Source: Eledone cirrhosa (Eukaryota). From it: DNA of 64,000 bases. Every line of letters begins with the position of its first letter. The first letter of the stretch is position 1. The translations under genes and the position numbers were made by a program. Shown in pieces: positions 33,002 through 46,708 of this stretch. The notes under the pieces were generated by a model, which saw only the letters and a program-made list of their open reading frames with translations, had not been told where the DNA came from and did not search any database. The stretch covers positions 23,560,001-23,624,000 of the forward strand of contig OZ024750.1 in assembly GCA_964016885.1 (NCBI GenBank), in the 5' to 3' direction.

Positions 33002-35505
33002 CCTGAGAGTCAAGAACACTTTCAATCAGCTAAGATTTGTGTAATATTTTTAAGCAGGCAGATGATACAGATGTATTTAGCTCTATCTCTGTCCATAGTT
33101 ACATCATTATTACAAACCCCTGCCTAAATAAAGTAGAGATTACATATAACTGCAGTATATAATCTTCAGCACGCTAGAAAATGTTATGAATTGCTTCCCT
33201 TGACATTGCATTTTGAATTAAGGGGAGATTACTCTCTCAGCAACTTAATGCACCTGGAGCTTCCAGAAGAGTAAACACAACTACACAACAGACACACACA
33301 CCAACAACACATACAAACAACTACACACACACATGAAATTAATATGCAAGTGGCTGAGCATACTCATAATGTATTTCTAAGGGAAATTTAGTGTGACACA
33401 GTGTATCAAGGCTCACCCTTTGAATTGTAGGTACAACTAACTTTTGCTAGCTAAGTGAACTGGAGCAACATGAAATAAAGTGTCTTGCTCAAGGATACAA
33501 TGCACTCCCAGGAATCTAACAAGGTTATCATGATGAGCTAAACAACCCTAATCATTAAGCCACTCGCTTTCACATGATTACATATATTTCCAATATATAC
33601 ACTCAGCTATACACACACAATGTATGTTATTGCTGCTTACTATCATTGTTACTTAGCTTTTAACCCCATCATTACTATATTTCTAATGCCATATAATTTT
33701 AAAATATTTTTGAAAATAAACAAGAATTTAGAGTGATTCAGTAATGTAACTAACTTTCTCATTAAGTTGTTTGATACATAACTTAACCCTTTAGCATTTA
33801 AACGGCCGTATCTGGCCAGAATTATCTCACCCCTTTGTTCTCAAAATAAATAATATCAAAACCTCATAGATTCGATATTATGTGAGATAATTATGTGAGG
33901 TAAAGCCTTTACTGTGAAAATACATCAGTAACTATAGAATAATGTAAATGCTAAATGGTTAAAGTCTTTTTAGCATAAGTTTTTAGATATAAATAAAATG
34001 AATAATTTTGTATTGTAGAACCAGGTGTGGTTTCAGGCAGTTTTATATAAAATAGAATAAGAAATGACACCACGAATTTAATGGAATATTTTGACACCAA
34101 ACTGCCTGAAACTGCCACTGGATCTATGTCATAAAACACTTTGTTTTACATCATTTATATCTATCTAAAACTCTTTCATTTATATCATTTATATCTATCT
34201 AAAACTCTTTCATCAACACTAATTTAATAATGAGGAATTTAGTCACTGTATATACTCATTAACCAAGAAATATGTGAGGAAAAAAAAGTCAATGGTAAAA
34301 TGAAATTCGGCTTATATTCGAGGTCAACATTTTGCTGATTTTCACCATCTTCAAATTCTACATAAATGAGGTACTAAAATATTTTTGCTTTGAAGATGAA
34401 TATTACACCAGTTTCACTTTGGAAGTGAAATTTATTTTGAATGAACATGGCCTTCAAAACGGTTTAAAATTGATAAAAAAAAATCGTTATGTAATAGAGT
34501 TGTACAACAAAATCTATACTCTAAACAACACTTAAAACATTTTAAACATCAAAATATTAAAACTTCATAAATATATTTTCTACTCATGAAAATTTCAAAA
34601 CTGTGCCATCTAAACATATGTTGATTACCTGCCTCGATTTATATACGGGATTTGGATTTTTATTCTTTCTCAGACATAAAATAGGGGGTCAGTTTATATT
34701 CAAATATATATGGTATATTACTGAATCCCTAAAAAATTCTTGGTTATTTTCAAAATTATTTGAAAATCACTTACATTGTTTTTCATAAGAAATATGGTAA
34801 TGAAAGGGTTAAGATTTTTGTTGCTAATCTGGCTTAGCTTTTAACCACTGACTTTACAGTCAGATTAGATGAAATATAATAACAGGAAACTTTCCAACTT
34901 AAACTTAATCACACAAACAAAGTGGTAAACTGGTTCATTTTATTGTCTGCTAGAATGCTAATACAAGCTGATGGTTAAGCATTAATAAAATAAACATTTC
35001 ATTTTGGGAGGAGAGGAAAAAAAAAACAGCTTCTTGTGTTACGCTGAAAAGAAATTGGAGTGCAGTTTGCAAAAAAGAGTTTTAACCAAATATTTTTAAA
35101 GAGATCTTTGAAAATAGAAATGAAACAATATTCATTCTGTTCTAGAAGTAACAACTTTCTTGCTTTGGAATGAGAGATGTGGAGCACCCAATAAGGAACT
35201 ACTTGGACATCTCTTCAATATAAGATATTTACATCGGAATGGCCAATAGGGGGAAAAAAAAAAAACAATAATCATAATGGTTTCTCATTTTTGCACAAGG
35301 CCAGCAATTGGGGTGAGGGGGGGTTTAAGAGAAAGTTGATTATATCAACCCCAGTATTTAGCTGGTACTTTATTTTATCGACCTCAGAAGGATGAAAGGC
35401 AAAGTTGGCCTCAGCGAAATTTGAACTCAGAATGTAAAAGGGTCGTAAGTAGATGCTTCATAGCACTTGGTCCGACGCTCTAATGATTCTGCCAATCTAC
35501 CACCC

Positions 35506-35538
<33 letters not shown>

Positions 35539-36301
35539 AAAATAAAAGTAAAACAAATTGTTCAGTAACTGAGAATAAATTAGGTTTCTTTTTTTGTTTT
35601 GATAAGTTTAAAATGGTGATGATAAATATAACTGAGTAATCGAAAGTCAAAGTAATATAGAAGCACCATTTTATAGAGCAGCCAACTGCCTAGATTATAG
35701 TTAGGGATTGGAGGGGAAGGAACAAGAGACTAATAGTTCCAACCAACCAAACACTCGTTAGGTAGAAGTGAGCGGTGTGAGGTTTGGAGACAATGGTCCT
35801 TCCACCAGATCTAACTCTATGTTGGATTATATCAGGCTTGAGCATTTTAAAGAAATGATCAGAGCTAAAAAGAAATGGTACAAACATAATAATGGTGAGT
35901 GTTTTCTTCTCCATGTGGCTGGTGTCTTTTGTTTTGTTTTGTATTTTTTTTATATATAGAGAGAGAAAGACCAACAGCGCCGACCATGAAAGTATATAAA
36001 CAGGATGGGTAAGTAAATTCTGCTAAACCAATTATAATATGAGGAGGTCAGCAACCTATGTTTTGACAGAACCAACAAGAAATGAAACAATAGGGGGGAA
36101 TAATCCATATAAATAAGAACAAGTGAGCCAAAGTTAAAGTTATTTTAACTTCTTACAGGTGAATCCAGTCTAGTCCTGTCCAATCCAGTCCATTTAATGG
36201 CAGGTGGAGGGGGGAGGGGGCGGGCCAGAGAAGAAAAATAAAAATGGCCAACAAAAAAAACAATCGGAATGTTATTTTTTTGTTTGTTTGTTTGTTTATT
36301 G

Positions 36302-36335
<34 letters not shown>

Positions 36336-36337
36336 CA

Positions 36338-36649
36338 TCATTCTTTGATATCTTTTTTAGCTGTGGCTTCTCGGAATGATGTGATTGTTTTCTGGAACCA
36401 TGTATTCTTGGAGGCTTGTAATTCAGAGATGGTTGCGTTCAGCTGATGGGTGAGGTCCTGTGTCTTACACTGTGACTCCACCAATGCCAGCTTGGTCTGA
36501 GCCAGCTCCAGCTCCAATTCTCGTACCTGACGTTCCAGTTCAACGATGGTTGGATTGATATCTTCTGGGTCCATTTTTATGTCGCAAATTTTCAGTTTAC
36601 CGCAATCATCAAACAAATTACCGCAGCTGTCACAGGATTTTACAAGATT
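36338..36649 (-). CDS. RABGAP1: RABGAP1 terminal coding exon
   Basis: NLVKSCDSCGNLFDD...RELELELAQTKLALVESQCKTQDL...NTWFQKTITSFREAT...; TGA stop. Confidence 0.93.
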   Translation of the reverse strand, partial: NLVKSCDSCGNLFDDCGKLKICDIKMDPEDINPTIVELERQVRELELELAQTKLALVESQCKTQDLTHQLNATISELQASKNTWFQKTITSFREATAKKDIKE

Positions 36650-36682
36650 CTACAAGTACAGAAAAGGATAATTTATAAAATA

Positions 36683-37600
36683 ATGATTTCTACGAGAGGC
36701 ACAAGGCCAGCAATTTTGAGGCAAGGGGACAGTCGAGTAAATCAACCCAGTGTGTGACTGGTACTTTATTTTATCGACCCTATAAAGATGACAGGCAAAG
36801 CTAATCTCGGCAGGATTTGAACTCAGAATGTAAAGGGCTGTAACTATATAGTCGATTAAATCGGCCCCAGTACATTACTGGTGCTTCATTTTATCGACCC
36901 CGTAAGGATGAAAGGCAAAGCTAACCTCAGCGGGATTTGAACTCAGAATGTAAAGGGCTATAACTCTATGCCGCAAAGCATAATGTCCAACGCTCTATCG
37001 ATACTGCCAATCCAAATAACATTAATTCTTTCTTACATTAGCACAAGGCTAGCAATTTTGAGGGAAAGGGAAAATCGATTACATCAACCCCAGTACTTGA
37101 CTAGTATTTATTTTATTGACCTTGGAAAAATGAAAGGCAAAGTTGACCTCAGCAGGATTTAAACTCAGAATGTAGAAAGTTGTAACCAAATACTGCAAAG
37201 CATTTTGTCTAATGCTCTATTGATACTGCCAATCCACTGCCTCTAATAACGGTTTCTGATTTAGGCATAAGGCCAGCAATTTTTGGGAGGGGAAAGTCAT
37301 TACTGGTACTTTAATTTATTGACCCCATAAGGATGAAAGGCAAAGCTAACCTTGACAAGATTTGAACTCAGATGATAAAAACCCATAACTATATGCCATA
37401 AATTTATGTTGTCCAAAACTACCAATACTGTCAATCCACTACCCTGTCATCTAATAATAATCATAATAATTGTTTCTCATTTAAGCACAAGGCCAGCAAT
37501 TTTGGGTGAGAGGAAAGTCAATTAAATTGACCCGAGTACGTGACTGGTACTTTATTTTACCAACCCCGTAAGGATGAAAGGCAAAGCTAACCTCGGCAGT
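36683..37600 (-). mobile_element. Head-to-tail cluster of ~5 SINE copies filling the last RABGAP1 intron
   Basis: Five successive GATGA(A/C)AGGCAAAG(C/T)T(A/G)A(C/T)CT-like cores in the same orientation. Confidence 0.75.
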
Positions 37601-37682
37601 ATAATACAAGAGTTGCATTATACTCAAGTCATATTATTTACAAAGAAAAGCAGTCAAAATAAATAATGTTCATAATAATCAC

Positions 37683-37754
37683 CTTTATCCGTTGAACTTC
37701 TTCTTTAGATGCAGTCTGTTGTTTCTCTAACCTCTCACTGAGCTGTGAACAAAT
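37683..37754 (-). CDS. RABGAP1: RABGAP1 exon
   Basis: ICSQLSERLEKQQTASKEEVQRIK. Confidence 0.93.
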
Positions 37755-39168
37755 CTGAAATATAAACACAAACATAGAAAAGGGTAAAGATCTCCTATGG
37801 TCACGAATGACCATAGGTTTTGCACCTAGAAAACTCCTGCCCAAAGCATAAGACCAGGCAAGGCATTTTTGTGGAAGACCAGCAGTTGCCCATACACACC
37901 AGTCTCTCTTCTCCATGCCACCAATGTTGTCCAAGAGAAAGGTTAAGGCCGATATAGCTTGCCACCAGTGACATCACAACTCATCTCTACAACTGTGTGA
38001 ACTGGTGTAACCTGAAGTAAAGTGTCTTGCTCAAGGTCTGGGAATCGAAGTCACAACCTCATGATTGTGTATCCAATGCTCTAACCACTTAGCCAAGTGC
38101 CTTCATATAAACACACAGATATAAACAGATACTTCACTTTGCTGCTGTACAGGCCAGTGGTTTTCAACCTTTCCACTACCAATAATGCCCTTTTAATTAA
38201 CTCTTTTGATGCTAAACCACCTGAAACTTCTTCAGGTTCTATGGTAGACAGCTGTTTTAAAGTGCTTATTACCACCACTGCCACCACCATCATCATCTTC
38301 ATTTTACATTTGTTTTCCATGCCGGCATGGTTGGATAACCACATCTTGCTTATATGTTCTATATTTTAGCATGGTTTCTATGGATAGATGTCTTTCCTCA
38401 TGCTAATCACAATATGTTGTGTCACAGGCATTAGAGATACTGTCATGTGCATATATTATAACCTTTCTTAAGTTATGCTTTCTTAAGTTATAGAAGAATA
38501 AATACCCAAGAGCATGTGTATATAATGTTTTTAATGAAGTACTTGGAATTTTGATCATAGTTCACAGACCCACAGCACTACCTCTGTTGACCTTAGCTAG
38601 GGAAACTCTGGTTTTGTCAACATCATCCTTATCATTATATCACCTTACACCTGTTTTCTAACTGCCATGCATTGACTGGGTTGTCACAGTCTGAGACAAA
38701 ACATGTTTGGATAACCACGTCTTAACTCATATATTCCATATTTCGGAATGGTTTCTACAATTGGGTGCCTTTTTTACCACCAGTCACTTTAATCCTTTAG
38801 CATTTAAACCAGCCATATCCAGCCAGAATTCACTCACCTCTTCTTGTTCAAACTGACCATAACCGGCTGCTCATACTTATGTTAAGGTATTGTTCTCAAA
38901 ATAAATAATATCAAAATCTCGTAGATTCAATATTATGTGAGATAAAATGTTTACTGTAAAAAATACAATAGTAAATATAGAGTAATGTAAATGCTAAAGG
39001 GTTAACTGGATGTATTTTAGCATGGCAGCAGCACTAGCAAAGCTGTCAGGTCCTTGACAGAACCAAATACTCTCCATACTATGCTATCTTCAATCCTTCA
39101 CCATATATACATTCAACATTGCTAGACTTGTACTGATGGGTAGGTAAAAATAAATACACAAAACTCAC

Positions 39169-39252
39169 CTGTTTATAGTCATTTATGATGGCACTATTTC
39201 GGTTAATCTCTGTCTCAGTCCTATCTAGTTCTCGACGACACATTTCTTTCAC
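39169..39252 (-). CDS. RABGAP1: RABGAP1 exon (coiled coil)
   Basis: VKEMCRRELDRTETEINRNSAIINDYKQ. Confidence 0.93.
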
Positions 39253-39698
39253 CTATAACACAATGAAATACCATAAATAATAGCTAAGATATACATATAT
39301 ATATATATATACTTTTTATTCAGTTGATGGAAGTCGGTTGATCAAATAATCTACCGACTCTTTTGTAAACAGACATAAAACACTCAACGATTTGTATTCC
39401 TTAGGAATTTCTCTGTGAGGTATCAACCAGACTTTTAGTATAATAAATAAGAGAGACAGTTTTATTTATATATCTTCATTTTATTATCTATGTAATTAGA
39501 TAATAAAATGAAGATGTACAAATAAAACCGTCTCTCTTATTTATTGATCATCATCATCATTTTACATCCGCTTTTAAATAAGAGTTTTATTAATGAGTAT
39601 ATATATAGATTCAATACCCCGACGGCTGAGCTCTGACTGTTTAGAGTACTCTGGTGCATTATCTTACCACACCCTCTTTGTTCTTTGTTTTATATATA

Positions 39699-40171
39699 CT
39701 AGCAGAAAAACCACCCTTCGGTTGGTTTTCTGCTAGCATGTGTAGCGTGTATATTGATATTATACACAAGTATATATACATGTAGATATGATACATCAAA
39801 TAAAATCGTAATTGACAATATACACAGAAAGTGAACGAAGACTGTGTTACACTGTCTTATGTAATCAGTAACGTAATCCATGAAACATTACGATATTATA
39901 TATAAACTGCATTAGGAGAAAATTAGTGACAGAAAATGAATATGTTTATTTAAGTGATCGCCACCAAAAGTGTTGACATTTGAAAATTTTAAAGAAGTGA
40001 ATCTTTAAATAAATAATAAAATATATTTAATGAACAGCCACGAAATTTAGTAGATAAATTATGTAATATTCATTCATTATTTGTTCAAAGTAATCCAACT
40101 TATTTTACTAATGGGATAAAAAATTATAAACCGTATGCAGTCCCGCGCTTCTCCCTTTATTATAGTTTAGA
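39699..40171 (-). mobile_element. Non-autonomous Helitron
   Basis: Minus strand starts A|TCTAAACTATAATAAAG and ends with a hairpin and CTAG|T; no TSD; inserted between A and T in a TA run. Confidence 0.7.
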
Positions 40172-41137
40172 TATATATATATAGTAATAATAATAAATGT
40201 GAGGACTAAAATCCAAAGAGGGCTCAATAAGGATAAATATATATCAAATATATAAGAACCATAGAGCAAATATTTATTAAAATAACAGATTAAAGTTTCA
40301 GAAGATGCCGTTAATGGTGAAAGCAGCGATTCTTTGCTTAAACTTTAATCTGTTATTTTAATATATATATATATACTCATTAATAAGTTGCACTCTGACT
40401 TTACATACAACATCCTTTGTTCAGAACATGACATGCATTTGAGTTTTTTACAGGGTGTTTAGAAAAATCAATGCAGTCAGTTACAGAGTGATTTTCCTAA
40501 CCCTCTTTAAACCCAATAGATAAGTAATATGCTCGGTTTTTTTTTTCGGTTTTTTTTTTTTGGGGGGGGGGGGGGGGGGTCATGAAAAGGGATGACACAC
40601 ATTCACCCTGGGTTTGCACCTGGAAAGTTATTCTCTGAGGCACAAGCCTGAGCATGGTGTTTTGTGGAAGACCAGCATGCATCCATGCCTACCACTAATA
40701 TTGTCCAAGAGAAAGGGAAAGTCCAATACAGCTTAGCACAAGTGTTTTCATTACTCATATATGATATATATATACTATATATACATCTATACAGGAAAGG
40801 CAAAGACTGATACAGCTTGGCACGAGTGTTGCTGCAGCTCACGTCTATACACTATTATACATTGTATATATGTTGTAGTCCAAGCACCAGTGTCATTGTA
40901 ACTGAGTGGACTGGAGTAACATGAAATAAAGTGTCTTGCTCAAGGATACAATGTGCTGCTTGGTCTGGGAATTGAACTGACAGCATTACAATAGAGAGCT
41001 CAACACTTTAACCACTAAGCAACATGCCATCATGCGACATCCACACAAGTATATATGGTACTGCAAATATAAACACAGATGCTAATTTGGGATAGTCTGA
41101 GGTTTAAAAGATTCCTGAAATTAAGAAGTTAACTTAC

Positions 41138-41242
41138 CTGATGTGACTCTAATTCAAGTCGACGTTTCTCTTCCTCAAGTTCAGTCAACATCTTCTTTGT
41201 CTGGTCACAGTCTTTCTCCAGCTGATCACAGCGTATTTCACT
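41138..41242 (-). CDS. RABGAP1: RABGAP1 exon (coiled coil)
   Basis: SEIRCDQLEKDCDQTKKMLTELEEEKRRLELESHQ. Confidence 0.9.
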
Positions 41243-41501
41243 CTGATAGATGTAAAAATTAGATTATAGTAAATCACTGGAGCTTATAAGAAGCATTATG
41301 ATAGACACAGTTATGATTATTTTGTAAATATCATGAAATGTAAGGTAGATATGTAAACTGGGATAAGTTTATATTGATCCCATTACTTGACTGGTACTTT
41401 ATTTTATTGACCCTGGAACAATGAAAAGCAAAGTTGAACTCAGAATGTAAAGAGCTGAACAAATACTGAAAAGGCATAGGCCAACACTACCATTTTTGTC
41501 A

Positions 41502-41846
<345 letters not shown>

Positions 41847-43199
41847 TTAAAGGCCATATACCTCAGGTTGGTGCGAGCAACGGCTAAAAAAAGTCGTTGG
41901 GACACGTAAATAAAGGGGACGCTAGGGTAAACAAACAAAATGGTTTAAGCAGCAGAAAGTGATGAAGAAGAAAGAAACAAGTCCCAGATTTCTATGAATA
42001 TAAATTCGGTGGAATCGTGAACGAGAGAATAAAGACCATCAAACCTGGTTGAAATGTGAGCAAGGAAGGAATTTCGCACAGGTCTAACGGGAGGAAGAAG
42101 GGGTCTGGTCTGCGAATTCGGTAAACATAAGTTCTGTGAAGTCGCAGACGAGAGAGAGAGAAAAAAAAAATTCATACCGGCTTGGCCAAGTGCCCGCTAT
42201 AATGTACATACATTATATATATGTCAGTGTGAGTGTGTGTGTGTAAGCAAACAGCTAGAAATGTTTGTATCATTGCAGTAGCAATAGTATAGGTTGCTGA
42301 CATTTTTGACATCTGTCAACACGCATACATACAAACACCAGGCATAATTGAATATAGGAACATTCGCTTTCTCAGACAGACAGACAATGGAGTTACACTA
42401 AATTACAAATTGAACCAATGCAGATATATGACAAAGTACAGCAACATCTCGACTGATTTACCACCAAACTGGAATAGAACCCTGTATGATTTTATACTAT
42501 TACAGGCAGGACATGTGTCTAAGCCAGGTTGCCAGTGGACAAGACATATCCCTATACACTGGAAGAAATGTGTATAAGACGATAGAGAACAACACAGTGA
42601 ATGTACAGAAAATAAACAAGGAAAAGTTTTCAACAATGCACTATCACCATTATTTCAATGCTGGAATAGGTTGAATGGGTTATTACAGATCAAGGCTGTA
42701 TTTAACTGTAGTGACTGCTCTTCTAGGCAACCAGGAAGACCATGTCTCACATATGTTCCAGTTTTGCCATGGTTTTTACAACTGTGCCACCTAACTTACC
42801 AACTGTGCACATTTAGTACACTCTATAAAGTGGTAGTGTTGATACTACAATAAACGGCACCCAGTCCAGTCTGTGAAGTGAGTGGTAATATGCAGAGCAT
42901 TCAGCTGTAAAAACCAAGCTAAAATGTAACGTATGAGCCTAGCGTAGTCCTCAGACCCGTCTAATCTCGGAACATAACAATCAGTCCAACCCATGCTAGC
43001 ATAGCATGGAAAACATACATAAAATAATGATGATGACATTTTCATACACCCATGTATTTTTATAATTTCATCACATGCTTTTGTAAAATAACTATTTTAC
43101 CAGTTCATATAAAAATGTTCAGATATATCCAACCTAAAACACTAAAGACCAAATATAAACATGATAAAAAAGAACTTAGTAAAACCTGGAATTACTTAC

Positions 43200-43292
43200 C
43201 TGGATTCTTTCACTTGGGTCATCTTGTTGTAGTTCTTGTTCTTTTTGGGCTAAATATTCTTTTTCGTACTTTTTCAGTCGTTTAACAGTCAC
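43200..43292 (-). CDS. RABGAP1: RABGAP1 exon
   Basis: VTVKRLKKYEKEYLAQKEQELQQDDPSERIQ. Confidence 0.92.
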
Positions 43293-43927
43293 CTGTAGAA
43301 AAAAAGCACAGCTCACATCTGTTGTCTAAACTATTAAATCTTTAGTTAACTCTATACTCTTATCATATTTTTCATTTTTTTAAATGAAAGCAGAGGCCAG
43401 AGAAGAAATGGATTTATTGAAATACCACTAACCACCATATTTTGTGGGTGTTCCAAGTGGAAGGAAGATGCAGTAGAGGATGACGAAAGAAGTCTTGGGC
43501 AGAAGTGTTGAGAGCTGATCTCAAAATGCTGAACCTCAGAGAGAAGATACCGAAAGGAGGAGGCTGTATTGGAACAAGCCCATCCAAATCATGCAAGCAT
43601 GGAAAAACTGATATAACATGTGATGATATTTCCCTATCTGCCACATAGGAACTCACTGGGTAGGAGTTATCTCTTCTGATTCTACAGTTTTAAATGTGAA
43701 AAGCCCTCAACAGTGTAATGAGTTCCTTAGAATAAATACTACACTGTGGGAGGTTTTTTTCTTTTCTTTTTCTTTACCAGCCTCCTGATTTTGATCCACT
43801 GCCGAATGAAACATTCAGCAACTATGTTAGTTTTAGACTGACCCGTCCACTGTGGGGTTAAATATAGGCAGTGTCTTTCACTAGAAATATGATTAAGAAA
43901 GGGTTAATTAGATTAAGTTTAACTTAC

Positions 43928-44056
43928 TTTCATTCCAATTGCTGTCAGGAGAAGTTCTTTGGCAGCGTCTTCAGAACGATACCTCTTGGGTAAGTGAACC
44001 CGAAAATATTTCAAGACACCTTCAAAATCAAGGGCTAATAAGTCCTTTCTGGACAT
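43928..44056 (-). CDS. RABGAP1: RABGAP1 exon
   Basis: MSRKDLLALDFEGVLKYFRVHLPKRYRSEDAAKELLLTAIGMK. Confidence 0.95.
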
Positions 44057-44439
44057 CTGAAATATCAAAGAATTATGAATAGCAAGAAAGGGGTTTGTGA
44101 GTTCAATCTCCACCAGGGAAGATCAAAATTGGTAAGAAGACAACAGTATATATAGAGTAATGTAAATGCTAAAGGGTTAAAGAGATATTATATTGCTAGG
44201 ATCTGTCAATCCACAGGACCATGAACTGGTACTTTATCAACCATGGAAGTATGAAAGGCAAAGTTGACCTGAACAGGATTTGAGCTCAGGGTGCAATAAG
44301 CCAGAACAAATACCAAGGTATTCAATCTCATGCTTTAACAACTCTGACAATTTACTGCCTATAATGTTTACAAACCAGACACATTACATTGACAGTAAGA
44401 AGGCAGATGAGGTTAAACAGAGCAACCATTCTGAAAGGA

Positions 44440-44823
44440 GGAGGTGGTGGTGGTGGTGGCAGTGGTGATGGTGGTGGTGACGGCAGTGATGGTGGTGGTG
44501 ACGGCAGTGATGGTGGTGGTGGTGGTGGTGGTGGTAGTAATGGTGGTGGCAGCAGTGGTGGGGTAGTAGTAATGGTGGTGGTGGTGGTGGCAGCAGTGGC
44601 GGTGGTGGTAGCAGTGGTGGCAGCAGCAGTGGTGGTGGTGGTGGTGGTAGCAGTGGTGGTGGTGGCAGTGGTGGTGGTAGCAGTGATGGTGGTGGTGGTG
44701 GTGATGGTGGTAACAGTGATGGTGGTGGCGGCAGCAGTGATGGTGACAGTAGATAATGGATGAACTTGTCACAGATATAATCAAATGTAATGATGAAAGT
44801 CATAATAATAATGATTTCTTTAT

Positions 44824-44865
<42 letters not shown>

Positions 44866-45040
44866 CTGACAAAATGGTAAATGCCAACCACCACCACCAC
44901 CACCACCACCACCACCACTACTATCAACACTGTCACTACTATCATTGCTGCCAACAGTCCTGCCACTACAACTGCCATCATCACTACCATTAACACTACC
45001 ACTACCATTACCCTAACACCACCACCACCACCACCACCAC
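44440..45040. repeat. (GGT)n, (AAT)n and (ACC)n trinucleotide tracts
   Basis: Directly visible; source of the poly-G/P/H/V ORFs. Confidence 0.9.
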
Positions 45041-45227
45041 TGACAGTTAAACTTTAGCCTTTGTTTTTCTGACAGTAAACAGAGAGACACCAGGTGACAC
45101 CAATATAGTAAACATTCTCACCCTGTGACTACATCTGGAATAACAGAAACTTCCCAAAACCCCACAACACTGAGGGACATTTTTTTTTAATTGTCATACA
45201 CTAAAAAATATTACCAGCAATGAGTAA

Positions 45228-46092
45228 ATGGAAAGGAGTTGACCTTCTGATAGAAACTAGATCAAGGAAACTGTTTGCATGGAAAGGAGTTGACCTTCTG
45301 ATAGAAACTAGATCAAGGAAACTGTTTGCATGGAAAGGAGTTGACCTTCTGATAGAAACTAGATCAAGGAAACTGTTTGCATGGAAAGGAGCTGACCTTC
45401 TGATTTAAACCAGATCAAGGAAACTGTTTCCATGTAAAGGAGTTGACCTTCTGATTTAAACCAGATCAAGGAAACTGTTTCCATGTAAAGGAGTTGACCT
45501 TCTGATAGAAACTAGATCAAGGAAACTGTTTGCATGGAAAGGAGCTGACCTTCTGATTTAAACCAGATCAAGGAAACTGTTTCCATGTAAAGGAGTTGAC
45601 CTTCTGATTTAAACCAGATCAAGGAAACTGTTTCCATGTAAAGGAGTTGACCTTCTGATTTAAACCAGATCAAGGAAACTGTTTCCATGGAAAGGAGTTG
45701 ACCTTCTGAATTAAACCAGATCAAGTAAACTGTTTCCATGGAAAGGAGTTGACCTTCTGATTTAAACCAGATCAAGGAAACTGTTTCCATGGAAAGGAGT
45801 TGACCTTCTGATTTAAACCAGATCAAGTAAACTGTTTCCATGGAAAGGAGTTGACCTTCTGATTTAAACCAGATCAAGTAAACTGTTTCCATGGAAAGGA
45901 GTTGACCTGATTGAAACCAGATCAAGTAAACTGTGTCCATGGAAAGGAGTTGACCTTCTGATTTAAACCAGATCAAGTAAACTATTTCCATGGAAAGGAG
46001 TTGACCTTCTGATTGAAACCAGATCAAGGAAACTGTTTCCATGGAAAGGAGTTGACCTTCTGATTGAAACCAGATCAAGGAAACTGTTTCCA
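45228..46092. repeat. 51-bp minisatellite, ~17 copies
   Basis: Unit catggaaaggagttgaccttctgatttaaaccagatcaaggaaactgtttc. Confidence 0.95.
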
Positions 46093-46162
46093 TTGGTTTT
46101 TTCATTGCTGATACCTGCCAACCACAACTCTAAATTTAATAAAGGAGTGTGCGTGGTTTGTG

Positions 46163-46460
46163 AAGGCACGTGGCTTAGTAGTTAGAATATTTGGTTCATG
46201 ACCATAAGGTTATGAGTTCAATTCCCGGAAATACGTTGTGTCATTGAGCAAGAAGACTTTATTTTCCATTGCTCTAGTCCACACAACTAGAAAGAAATGA
46301 GTTGTGTTTGTAATTCAAAGGGCTGGCCTTGTCACATGTTATGTCAAGCTAAATCTCCCTGAGAACTACATTAAGGGTACACCTGTCTGTGGAATGCTCA
46401 AGCACCTGCCTGTTAATTTCAGAAGCAGGCTGTTCTGTTGAATATACAACTGGAACAATT
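46163..46460 (+). mobile_element. Second SINE family (GGCTTAGT-GTTAG...TTGAGCAAG...ACTTTATTT)
   Basis: tRNA-like head; reverse-oriented relatives at ~30500-30745, 33340-33570, 37790-38100, 40620-41030, 59680-59912. Confidence 0.6.
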
Positions 46461-46666
46461 GACAGAACCAGCAAAAGCCTAATGCATGCATACACACATG
46501 TGTGTGTGTTTGAGTGTTTGTTTGTGTGTGCATGTGTGTGTTTATGTGTTTGTACGTGTGTGTTTGCGTCTGTGTCTGTGTATGTTCATACTTAATATAA
46601 TAATAGAAAATCAATAAATGATTATTAGTTACTGAATATTTAAATGAGTATGAGAAAGTGATTTAC

Positions 46667-46708
46667 CTTAAGTAATGCCAATGCAATGTTAAAAATAACA
46701 TCTTTACC
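46667..46708 (-). CDS. RABGAP1: RABGAP1 exon (42 nt)
   Basis: GKDVIFNIALALLK; CAG/GTAAA. Confidence 0.9.

Noticed and set aside
44384-45008. Poly-Pro/Gly/His/Val ORFs
   Set aside because: Trinucleotide microsatellites.
45228-46105. 197-aa repeat ORF; the 51-bp unit also contains CTGAT...GAAAC, suggesting a hammerhead array or CRISPR-like array
   Set aside because: The unit length is a multiple of 3 and the array is intronic; there is no CTGANGA core or proper stems, and no variable spacers.
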